From: Lama glama
Taxonomy: Eukaryota
Assembly (NCBI GenBank): GCA_028534125.1
Contig: CM052817.1
Span: 4,466,001 to 4,530,000, forward strand
Direction: 5' to 3'
Length of the DNA stretch: 64,000 nucleotides
Made by a program: the position numbers and the translations under genes. How positions within the stretch are numbered: position 1 is the stretch's first letter; the number at the start of each line of letters is the position of its first letter. Of the stretch, positions 1-12,200 are shown one piece after another. The notes under the pieces are model-generated. The model saw only the letters and a program-made list of their open reading frames with translations. It did no database searches and was not told the DNA's origin.

Positions 1-152
1 CCCCCAGGTTGGCTTGGGTGCCCCCACTGTGAATTCTGATGATGCCCTTCTGTCTTGGTTGTTACCAATTTGTACTGTGATTGTCAATTTACTGGAAAGG
101 CATGTTCTTTTTTCTTAATTGCATTTTTCTACTCTCTTTTATCTTGAAACAG

Positions 153-214
153 GCGTCAATTCCTTCCAAGTCTACATGGCCTATAAGGATCTCTACCAGA
201 TGTCTGATAGCCAG
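153..214 (+). CDS. CRMP1: CRMP1 exon 5 ([21 protein letters not shown])
   Basis: Polypyrimidine tract with acceptor aaacag|GC and donor CAG|gtaggt; 62 nt. Confidence 0.96.
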
Positions 215-3200
215 GTAGGTCCTTGCATAGCCCCGTTCCCCTCACCCATCATCTGGGCAGGAATGGTCCAGCTTTGTAGGCAAGGCAGCACAGGGCAGGG
301 GAGGTGTCGGAGCAGGACAGGGAGATCTCTGGGTTCCAGTCCTAGTTCTGACCCTCAGCTGCCTCGTGACCTGTGTCAGTCATCACCCCTTCCTGGACCT
401 GCATTCCTTTCTGGCCATTAGAGGGGGCGTGAAGCAGATGGTCCTCTGCATGGTGGTTCCCAAACTCAGCTCATCCTCAGCCTCATCTAAACAGCTCACT
501 AAAAACACAGACCCTTAGATTCCATCACAGATGCTTGGAGGTAGGGCTCAAGAATTGTACTTCTGAAAAGCTCTGCGGAGCTCTGGGGCTCATGTGAATT
601 TGGGGACTGTTTCCTTAGCTCTGCCCTGGAGGAGAGCCCTGGCTGTCCCTCCGGCCAATCACAAGTCCCTTCCTTTCTCAGTTTTGTCATCTATACAAGG
701 TGATCACCTCTGGCCCTGCCAACTGCAGACAGTTGTTATGTGGATGAGGAGAACCAAGGAAGATGGTGATCTCAGGGGAACAGGTGTCGGGAGTTCCAGT
801 TTATCAGCCACCTGGCCTTCTCACGTCACTAGAACTCCTGGTTTGGTTTTGTTATCATTGCTCTGCCCTCCGCTTGTTACAAAGGTGGGACAGTGCAGCA
901 GCAAAGGGCATGGATTCTGGAGCCAGACTGCTTGGCAGCAAACCCTGGTTCACTGTGTAGCCTGGCTAACCTCTCTGTGCTTTAGGTTCATAATAGCACC
1001 TGCCTCAGAGAAGTTGTCAGAGGATTAAATGATTTAATACAAGTAAAGGTCTAGGGCAGTGCCTGGCACACAGCTGGTGCCATGCAAGTGTTCATAGCTG
1101 CTTTTCATGATCACCAAGGGGTCTGATGTGCAGTGGGGGAAGCATTCCATGTCTTGCCTTTCAAAACAGACACCTGGAGTTGCAGCATGTAACTTACCCC
1201 TGGATGCCCTGGAAACCTTTGATGCAATCATCAGAGGCATCCAAAAGGCTGAAGGTTTGTTCAGTTTCATGGGGAAAAACAGCATGTGTCTTTGGCAGAA
1301 TTGACATTTTCCCCTGTTTCATTCTAATTGTGTGTTTCGCTGAAGCCCTGGTTATAGGTGACTTGAGCAGACTTTGGGTGTAGGTCCTCAAAAGTGCTTC
1401 ATGCCTCTGGGCGCCTCCGCCCCCTGCTGTCTACATCTGAAAGTACATATCCCGGGCGAGGGTGTTGTCTTGTCTGCAAGGAGGAGGAGGTTGAGATTCA
1501 GGAATCTCTGAGGAGGGAGCATGAGGCTTTGGTCCTCATCAGACAGAAATACCCAATTGCGGGTACTTTGCGGGTGAGAAGAAGGCACTGGGCAGGGTAT
1601 GTGTTATCTGAGTATTAGCATTGTTAGTGAACTTCGTCCCCCTAACTCTAGTTGGTCTACAAAACGATATGGGTTGGAAATCTTGTAAAGATGTATACAT
1701 CTCCTATGGTATGTGGTGGCCACGGTACAGGCTTAGCAGGTTTAGTTACATAATTTCAATAAAACTGTAAACAGTTTCTTAGCAGCAGTTGTCACCATCA
1801 GCAACTACAGGTGTTCCAACGAAACAAAACCACAGAGAAAGCCAAAGGCACAAATAGGCACTGAGATGCGGGGTGTGATCATGCCATGTGTGTCTTTGCT
1901 CAGTTGTGCCCCACCTGCAGCCTTCTGCTTTTGGAACTGGAGGATGTCGGGGGCACGGGAAGATCCTTTCCAAGGTTACCTGTTGAGCAGCACAGTCCAT
2001 TGATAGGAATGGAGCACCTGGCAGGTGGATGACCGCGTGGGAGCAGAAAAATGGTCTTTGCAAATGCTCCTGCTGTGATATTTTTATCTCACCCCAATCC
2101 CTGTTTATCCCTCCTTAGCTCTACGAAGCCTTCACCTTCCTTAAGGGGCTGGGAGCTGTGATCTTGGTCCACGCAGAAAATGGAGATTTGATAGCTCAGG
2201 TGAGTGGTGTGAGTTTCCATTCCTTCCAGCTCGATCTGCTTCTCCTTGTTGTAAAGGGTATGAGAAAAGGGGGTGGAGGCATGGTTCAGCCTAGTGATTA
2301 GGCAAGGAAGGGTCAAGCCAAGAACTGGATGCCATGGGAGACTCTCGACATGTGGGTCATGCACACACTGTCTGCAGTGTGGTCTTTGGCAGGCCACATT
2401 GTCTGTTGAATCTCAGTTTTCTCACCAATACAATGGGGCTAACAACTGCCCTGTAACCTTTGGAGGATTTGCATGAGGGACAAATAAAGACCTGAGTGAA
2501 GATGGTTTTTGCACATCTTGGGGATGCCAGAGGCAACTCACATGAAAGCTGGTGCTGCTCATCGTCCTACACGGCTTGGGAGCAGGGATAATGGATAGAA
2601 TTCAGGCTTGGAGCAGGTGTTCCAGCCCAGCCTCCTCCATCTGACACCGGGCAAGGAACTCCACCCCGTGAAGGCTCCTATTCCTCATGTGGAAGCACCT
2701 GCCTTGCAGCCTTGTGAGGATTAAGTGTGTGAAGTTCAGTGTCCAACATGTAACAGGCTGTGGCCATGCAGAAGTTTCAGAGAGAGTGAGACATGAACGC
2801 ATTTCGATCATTCTGACCAGAGGGTGGAGAATTTAATGAGAACAGAATGAGGTCAGGTTGACCAGCTAGGTTTTACTCTAGTAATTCTCCTAGGAAATGA
2901 AGAAAGGAGCGGAGAGGTGAGAATGTGACGGGAAAGGGGCACAATTTACAGGACTCACTGAATAGATGGAGGAAGCAGAGGAGGAGGTCAAGAGGGTGGG
3001 TTTCCCGGGGGCACCCCAGTGTGGGGGCTTCGGTACATCATATGCCACACATCAAGTTCAGGCACACAGAGGATGTGGGTGCTTCCAGTGAAAGTAATTA
3101 ATGCCAGGCGCGATGCTAAGGAATAGATGTATGTATGTATGTGTGTGTGTGTGTGTGTGTATAATATCCTTATTTTATAGACAGGGAAACTGAGGCTCAG

Positions 3201-6200
3201 ACATTAGCAACTCGCTCGCTGTTACACGGGGCAGCAGAGCCAGGGTGTTAATGCACTTCCATCTGGCTCCAAAGCCCAGTGGAACTGCAGCACGACGGGT
3301 AAGTGCCTGCTCTCTGAAGCTTCGCCGTTAGGTTAGCTCTTGTCTTTACTTCCTATTATTTGTGTTCTTGCAGTTTTCCTGTCAGGTTGAAATTATTTCA
3401 AATTCCAAGTAAAAAAGAACAGTGCCTCAGTTCTATTATGCAGCAATATTCTGGTCCTTGTAACAGGACACTAAATCCAACCCACACCCCAAAAGATGGG
3501 GTTCACAAGGGTGTGAATGCTGGAAGTGAGGGTCCCTGGGAGCCAGGTCAGAAGTTATCTGCCAGTCTGTCCTCTGGCTGCCAATGATTGGTGACCCTCT
3601 CACATGCAAAACACATTCATCCCCTTCCAAAGTCCTCCAAACTCTCATCTCATTACAGCATCAAAGTCTGGAGTCATCTAAGTCAGGTCTAGGTCTGGAT
3701 GAGGCTTCTTGGGTGTAGTTCCTGTAATCTGTAGGTCTGTGAAAGTAAAGAAGAAAGTTACCTGTCCCTCCTCACCCCCAACATTCAACACACAACAATG
3801 ACGGTGTTGCCATTCCTATTGAAAAGGGGAAATGGAAGGCATCAGAATTCGCTGGCCCATAGCAGTTCTGAAATCCAGTTGGGTAAGTGTTGGCTGTTCC
3901 TTGATTAGAACTTAAAGCCTGAGAATAATTTTCCATGACTCTTGGCTCCAACCTCTGGGCTCTCGGTTTCATCTTTTCTTTTCATGAAAGGCAGCACGTG
4001 CTTGAAGCTGAGTCATTTTCTCAGCCTGCTTCCTGTACTGTGGAGTCCAACTGCCTCCTTCCTTTTTGTGTGTCTTGCCCCACTCAGTCCAGGCTGCCTG
4101 TGTTTTGCTAAAATAATTCTCCCAAAACCTTTGTGGGTCTCCTATGAATCTCACTGCGGTTCACTCCATGAGACAAAAGACACCCACAAATTTCTTCCCA
4201 ATAAGCCCCCTTCTTCCTGTTCAGACAGCCGAGAGGTACATGCTCGGGTTCCTGGGGGCTTTACTTTTGATTGAGAGGCTCTGTGGGCACACCCTCAATT
4301 ATCTGTCCCTCTCACATTTTACTCTGCGCAGCAAGAAGAAACCAGGCAGTGTCTTGACAGTCTTCTGGTGACTCCCCTCAGCTTGATCCCCCAGTTCATT
4401 AGACGTGTTTCCCCATTTCCGCATCCCTGCAAATGGCTGTGTGGTTAGGCCTTCTGCTACTGTGTAGCAGAGGTCCCCTTCCTCCAGTTTTCAGCAACAT
4501 ACTCCTCATTTCTGTTGGAGCTCTCACTAGCCATGTCCTCAAAGTCTGTATTTCTACTAACTGTCCATTCCAGGCTCTGTTAGGCTTTCTCTAACACGCT
4601 CCTTGAAATTCTTCCAGCCTCCTTCCACTGCCTGGTGCCAAAGCCATTCCCACATTTTTAAGAAGTTGCTATGGTAGCACCCTACTTCTGAACACCAAAA
4701 TCTGTATTAGTTCTCCATGGCTGTGTAACAAGTTAGCCCCCAAACGTAGCATCTTAAAATGATACATGTTTACTACATCATGGGCCTGTGGGTTGGGGGT
4801 CCAGGTGTGGCTCGGCTGGGTCTTTGGGCTCAGGGACTCTCATGGCTGCAGTGAAGGTGTCAGGCTGGACCAGGGCAGGATTCCTTCCCAGCCTCCCTCA
4901 GATGGTGGCTTTCTGGATTCAGTTCCTTGCAAGCCATCAGACTGACAGCTTCTGTTCTTCGCTGGCTGTTGGGCAGTGGCTCCCTTGGTCCCCTGCCATG
5001 TGGGCAGCTGGCAGCTGGCTTCCCTCCAAAGGACAAAGTGAGAGAGCAAGAGAGGGTGGGCGAGGGGACGCGAGAGTCTTTTTGTAACCTAACCTCAGAG
5101 ATGGCACCCATCTCTTTCCTCGTGTTGATCACTGGAAGCAAGGTGCTGGGTCCAGCCCATATGCAAGGAAAGGCTGGCTTGCTGGGAGCCTCTTAGAAGC
5201 TGCCTTCCACACATACCTTAGGTTTGCTTGGTTTTGAACTTCATAAACCCAGAACCATACGATATGCACTCTTTTACGTCTGGCTTCTTTTGTTCAAAAC
5301 TAGGTCTCGGGGAGGGCATAGCTCAACGACAGAGCGTGTGCTTAGCATGCACGAGGTCCTGGGTTCAATCCCCAGTACCTCCACTAAAAATAAATAAATA
5401 AATAGACCTAATTAACCCCCCCAAATAAATGAAAATAAAGGGCAAATTATTTAAAAAAACAAAACCTAGGTCTGTGAGAGTCATCCCCATTGCTACATGG
5501 AACAATAGTGTTTTCCTTTCTCATAGTGGTGTCGGTGATGTCACAACTTATTCTCCAGCTGACAGACGTTTGGATAGTTTCAGATTTGGGACTGTTGTGT
5601 GTGGAGCTTCCTCGAGCATCTCCGTTAGTAAATTCCTGGGAGCGGGACTCCTGGGTTGTGGGTGTGCGTATATTCCGTTTTCGCAGTCAGTGCCACACAC
5701 TTTTCCAGGGTGTACCGGCCTGGGTCCCACCAGCAGTGTCTGGGAGGTTGAGTTCGGAGCCCCCAGTTCTTAAGCGTTCAGGGACCTCGTAGCTTCCTGG
5801 CTGCCAGCCTAAGATTGAGCTTTCTCAGCTCCAGTAAAGCTGTTCCTGTTGTGATCTGCTTCCCAGCTTCCAAAGCTGTGTTTCTGTTGGTTCTTTTGTA
5901 CCATTTCTGTCAGTTTCGTGGAGTTTCAGAAGGCGTGAGGCAGTGCACCTTTCACGCCAAAGCCTGTTTTAGTCTTTGTGCTGTGGGTTTTCCTCACTGT
6001 ATCATCGTTCGTCCTCTCTCCATGCTTCTCCTTCTTTTCCTTCTGACAGAAATAGTAACTGCCACTTGAACAGTCTTTCACAGGGTTGTCTCCATATCAT
6101 AAATCTTTTTGTAAACAGTTTACAAAAATGCTTTGTAAACACCGTCTTCAATAGCTGACATGATTCCATTCTTTACTTAAATCCACCCCAGCTGTTAGAT

Positions 6201-9200
6201 CTTGAAATCGTTTCTAGCTTACGTTCTTAGAATAAACTCAAGCTTCATAACCATAAACGCACAGTGGAAATTACAATTCCTTTTCACGGCTGATAGTGCC
6301 TGGGGCTCCTCGTAGGGATGTGTTCAAGAATGATGCTACCGAAACGGCAGAAGTTAAAATTAGCAGCAACACAGCTGACATCTGGGCAACGTGAAAAGAT
6401 TATTTTGGAGACATGAATGTTCTCCTGGGGAGGGGACCCCCTTGGAGCCTTGGAGCGAATAGATTGAATCTAGGCCATGGGCTCAGGGAACCATTTCATT
6501 TATGTGAAAAGCTGAAGGTAGCGGTTTCCTACTAGACAGACAGGTGCAAGGAAGAGGAAGCGACTGTCGAGAAGATGAGAGCTGGCTGACGGTTAGCGAT
6601 CCCCCTGGTATCGCGTGAGCATCCCACATCCGCCACCTCAGTGATTCGTTACAGCCATTCTGGCATGTGGGCTCTGCTGTTAGTGTGACAGAGAGAAGAT
6701 TGAGGCCCAGAGTTTGGCCAACTCGCCCAAAGTCGCAGAGATGGTCAGTTCTGGAGCTGAACTCCCAGTGCAGGGCTGTTTGATTTTCGCATCCATGTGA
6801 TACCCAAGTCCCACCTGTCTTCCCTCTCTCTTGCTCTGCAGCAGAGACTTGGGAATTGGAAGAGTGGTGGGTTGTCTTTGAAGCTCATTTCTTATAACCC
6901 TGCTTCCTCTCACTGGTCCCAGGGGGTTGAATGGAGCAGGTGTGGAGGTGGCTCTCCAGGGTTGCAGAGGGGGAAGGTGGGCAGGTGTCGCGGAGGGAGC
7001 AAAGACGCTCTGGATCACACGCCCAGCCCCTAGACCCCTCGGCTGCCCCATCTATCTAACCGGGGTTGGAGGATCGGCCTGTCCCACTGTGACCTCGTGT
7101 TATCACTGACTCACTTGTTCTTGTCTTACAGGAACAAAAGCGGATCTTAGAGATGGGCATCACGGGTCCTGAGGGCCATGCTCTGAGCAGACCCGAAGAG
7201 GTAAAGGCGCCTCCACCGGGTGTGACTGTGACACTGCTGAGAGCTCACTCCAGTGCTGTTCCAGCTGGAACAGCCCGGCTAGAGCCCCCGTCTCTGTCCC
7301 ATTTCCCCCCTACGTGAGCATCCCAGCACACGCGGCCCTCTCGGGGTCTGTCTGCCCTCAGGCTCAGGAGCCCTGAGGATTCAGGTCCATCAGGGGAGCC
7401 GGGAAAGGCAGGGCCCGGGCACTTCACACCAAGTCCCCATGGACACGTCAGGGTGCAGAATCCTTACTGAGGACTTTGTGTATTTGATGACAGGAAAATG
7501 GAGCCACATGTCCCAGGCACAGTGACATCAAGACAGCCACCCCAACACAGACCTCCTGTTCACTGTGCTCTAAGACTTGACAAGGGACGAATTCCACTGG
7601 GAGTGGCAGAGTGCATGTGTGCACCTGTGTGCGTGTGTGTGTGTTGTGTGTGTGCACGTGTGTATGTGTGTGTACACCTGTGTGTGCATCTGTGTATGTG
7701 TGTAGTGTGTGTGCATAGTGTGTGTATGTGTGTGTAGTGTGTGTGTACCTGTGTGTGCGTGCACCTGTTTGTGTGCGTGTGTGTGCGCGCGCGTGTGTCG
7801 GGGGCGCAGAAGGCAGGCAGGCAGGCGGACTGGGCATGGAGCAGGAGGGATGCCCAGTATTTCCTGGTGTCCCGTCAGATCATTAGCCGCGTCCCCGGAC
7901 CTGCGCTCTGGGCCGGCCGGTGCCAGACATGGGGGCGCAGCACATGAGCACACAGACGCCTTACCCGGCGGGCTCCTGACTTACCCAGGGCTCCACACAC
8001 CAGCTCCATGCCCACAAGCTGGGTGCCCGGTCCCTGATGAGACCAGGACAGACCCAAAGATGGGGTTTACAAACCTTTATAGCCCCAGGACTTTGCCACA
8101 GCCTCCAGGCATGTAAACAGGGTGGAGACCCTGCTGGGTGTGGTCGGACCCCCGTGACTGTGAGTCAGTCACCGGCCGCAGGGCCACGTTTGGGGCACCA
8201 CCAGACTGGAAATTAAAAACAACATCTAGCTGGTCCTTCTGTGCGGGAAGTGCTGCTCTAGTGGGGACTGAGACCAGAGCCCACAGCAGGCGGCTTCGCC
8301 TGGTTGTGGCACGTGGAGGGGGCGCGCAGGGCGGGCTCGCGTTCCTAACCTCAGGCGTTTTATGAGTAGCGGGCCATTTTACTGGCCTTTTGATGCCCGC
8401 TCTGCCTAGTCAGTCTCCCTTCTTTTTGTAAAAGACAGTACATGCAAGGTGGTTTTTAATTTTATTTTTATTTATTTATCTATTATTTATTTTTTTAAAT
8501 GGAGGTACTGGGGGTTGAGCCCAGGACCCTGCGCGCGCTAAGCCCGCGCTCTGCCACTGAGCTGTACCTTCCTCTCAACCTTCTAACAGAACGTGCAGCA
8601 TACTTCCAAGCAAGTGTCTTGATTCTGCCTTCCAACCCTCCAGCCAAATACATTTTGTCTAATTTTTTTCTTTCCTTTAAAAAAATCTACACTCTTTTCC
8701 TCCTTGGATGCAGTAGACTTTCCTCTGACCACCACATTTAATTGGGGGGAGAATATAGCTCAGTGGTAGAGCACGTGCGTAGCACACACGAGGTCCTGGG
8801 TTCAATCCCCAGTCCCTCCATCAAAAAATAATAATAATAAAAATTTTAAAACCGAGGGGATGGGTATAGCTCAATAAAAACCTAATTACCTCTCCTTCCC
8901 CCAAAATAAAAAATAAATAAAATCTGCAGTTTTCCTCCTCTGATGCAGTAGATTTCCCTCTGACCACATTTAATTAAGGAAAATTGAAGGAGGCTGATAA
9001 GGGAGAGCCCTGGGAACTCAGGATGGGTGGTCCCCCACCCCACCCTCCCGTGACCCGTGTATTTGCTGTGTCCGCAGCTGGAGGCCGAGGCTGTGTTCCG
9101 GGCCATCACCATCGCGGGCCGGATCAACTGCCCCGTGTACATCACCAAGGTGATGAGCAGGAGCGCGGCCGACATCATCACCTTGGCCAGAAAGAAAGGT

Positions 9201-12200
9201 ACACAGCCCAGTGCCCTGGCTCCTGTGGGAGCTGGGGGTGAGGAAGGGGTGTGTCCAGGGCTCAGGTTCGCTGTCGGAGCCACTGCCCAGGGCAGAGACA
9301 CCAGCTCGTTGCCAGCAGCCTGAACCCCGTGGGCCAGGCTGAAGAGGGAGCTGAGGGTGGTGGGTGGAACACAAGATGTGCAGTCAGTTTTAGGTTTGAT
9401 TCCTGGGGTGCCATGTGCCCGCGTGTGACCTTGGTGAGTGGTGTTCTGAGCCTCAGTTTCCCTACTTGTAAGGTAATTATCTCCTCGTGGGTCACGTGAG
9501 ACCACGTATTTTAAAGATCTGTGCAGAGTTCCAAGTTCTCCTTGGGTCTCACATCAAGCCAGCGACAGAGCGCAGGCCCCAGCGGTGCCTGGAGCCCACC
9601 CGCCCTCTTTCCGTTCCCCTTTCTGGGCACTTCGTCCTGGATCCCCCGTCTGGGGCCCCTTGTTGGTGCCTGCACCCAGGCTCCACCCTCGGGCCTGCAC
9701 AGAGTCTCAGCTGCAGGTGGGGAAGGAGGACGGTGCTTTCCAGAGCACAGGGTCTGGGGACAGCCCCGACCTGGACATCGGGGGGTGGGGCAGGGAGTCA
9801 CCTGCCAGCCCTAAGACTTGGGCGCACTACTCAACTTCTCTGAACTTCCGTCGTCTCATCTCTAAACGGACCTGAGGCACTCACAGATGTGAAGTGCCTG
9901 CCGAGTCCTTGGCGGGTCCCGAGGGCTCCTGAGGACGGTGGGGCGCAGGCGCAGCTGGTGTGCTGAGCGGCTCTTAAAGGCTCAAACCAGCCGGTTCCCC
10001 AGAGACTTAGGGGAGGCGCCAAGTGTGATCCCCAGGTCTTCTGACTGAGGCCCGCGGTCCCCGGCAACCACCAGATTGAGAATGAAGGGGGTCGTATTTC
10101 TCGCGCTCGAGAGCCACGTGTGGCTGATGGCTGATGTCTCGGCAGCCCCGAGCAGAGCTGCACGGCCACTGCGCATGCTGTTGGGCGCGTGGCTCCAGAG
10201 CCAGGCTCCTGGTGTCCAAAGCCTGCCTCCCGCTCGCCAGCTGGGTGGCCGCGGGCCGGGCCACAGAGCTGCCGGCCCACGTCCGCTCGGGACTCGTCGC
10301 TACTGCAGAGCTGCTTCCTGCTGTTACTGAGTCCAGACTCGTAATGCTCGCCGCACGACAGGCCGATAAATTGGGAGACGAGGTGTTGGGGCAGTGAATA
10401 ATGATTTTATTCAGAAAGTCAGCAGACTAAGAAGATGGGGGACTAAGGTCCTGGAGAACCGTCTCGTCCAAGGCAGAATTCAGGCCCATTTTATACTAGA
10501 ATGGGGAAGGGGTGTGGCTGGTTGGTGCAGACCTCTCGGTGTCAGAATCCTTTGTTCTTGCAGCTGATCACGTGGGTCCGGTCACGGTGTGCCTGTGAAC
10601 CTCCAGCGAGACAAACGTTCTGCCCTGCTCTGCGGCTTTTTCTCTCTGTATGAGTGGAAGAGCTTGAGAAGGGGCTCCCCTGTGTATTTCAGGCTCTGGG
10701 CAAGATTCTTTTACAAGAGGTGCCGAACCAGCACGACGGAGCCCAGGAAACAGAGCACGGGGTTAGAGCCAGGGGAACAGAGCTAATAAGGGGTCAGATG
10801 TGTTCCTCCCTGTTACGCTGGGAAAGCCTGCACCTCTGCCTAAAGGCTTTGATTCTTGCAGAAGCACATCTGACTCACTCCCTGGAAGGCAAGCTGGACT
10901 TTCGGAAAGCGAATGCTCGGGAAGCAGCCCCGCAGCAGTGGGTTACTGGCTGCACGCCCCGGGCTGGGACGGCTCTGCGGCTGCCGGGGGAGGGGCGAGG
11001 GTGCAGGCGCCCATGGCCGTGGCTGCCTCGGTGATAAGTCACCTTTCCTTGGCTTCTCACCCAGCATTATATCACTTCCTCAGTTTCCCTCCAGATTATT
11101 TCTGGGAATCTCAAATAAAACTCTTACACTCAATTTTCCATTTGAAAATCTGCCTCTGGCAGAATCCAGACTAAGACAGCAGTCACGTCTCTGTGCCTCG
11201 GCTGACCGTCTGTCAGAGGAGATAAAAGTCAATTCCAAATGCTAAAAGCATCAATAACCCAAAAGGTCGTTGAGCGGGACAGCGGGGTGCTGAGTGCCTG
11301 GCGGTGTGGGGTCACTGGGGTGCGTGTGATGGAGCTGGGGGAAGGACGGACCGTCTCATTCTCCGGCCTCTGGGATCTTCTATTTCCGTGCGTCAGCATC
11401 TCCCAAGAGAGCGCTCTCAACTATGAGTGTTTGTGTTTGTCTCCCAAGGCCCCCTCGTTTTTGGCGAGCCCATCGCTGCCAGTCTGGGGACCGATGGCAC
11501 CCATTACTGGAGCAAGAACTGGGCCAAGGCGGCGGCCTTTGTGACCTCCCCTCCCCTGAGCCCGGACCCCACCACACCTGACTACTTGACCTCCCTGCTG
11601 GCCTGGTGAGAGCCCGGGGGCCGGCGGGGTGGGGGGGCTGGGCCGGTGGGGTGGGGGGTTGAAGGGCAGGAAGCTGCAGCTGGCTCAGTGAGGGGGCCTT
11701 GGGCTGGGTGCTCTGGGACAACTCGGAACAAAGCTCCAGGTTGCTTACAGCAGGCCTTCAGGGGCCCCAGGGTCTGTTTCATTCAATTACCATTCCAGTC
11801 ACTTTTCTAGGTTTTTTCCCATTTATACTGCAGCATTTAAGCACCTTCTGTGTGCCTGGCACTGTGGGACATTGGGAAACACAGAGTTAAGAATGTGAGA
11901 CCAACACCCTCGTCCTCCCTCAACACGGGTTGGCTGTGCCCCTGGCGGGTCCCCTACCCTGTGGTGTCTCTGTCTCCGTTGACTCACCAGCGACGTGGGG
12001 CGAGCGCAGCCCCCGCCGCGGAGCTGGGTGTGAGCCAGCACAGGTAGAAGGCCTGGAATTCGGGGTTCACGGTGGCCGCGGGGCTGTGCTCTGCTGCCTG
12101 CACACAGCAGGAGCACAGCAGTTTTACCCCTCTCTGCTGTCGGCCAGCGCGAGGGAAGAACACTTAGGGCCGCGAGAGAAGGCTCAGTGATGAGGTGTGC

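Noticed and set aside
7448..8116. His/Thr-rich and Cys/Val-rich ORFs (also 20632-21240)
   Set aside because: These are translations of degenerate TG/CA repeats.
8744..8820. tRNA-gene-like sequences with A/B boxes
   Set aside because: They are followed by A-rich SINE tails and TSDs and are diverged from each other, so they are SINE heads, not functional tRNAs.
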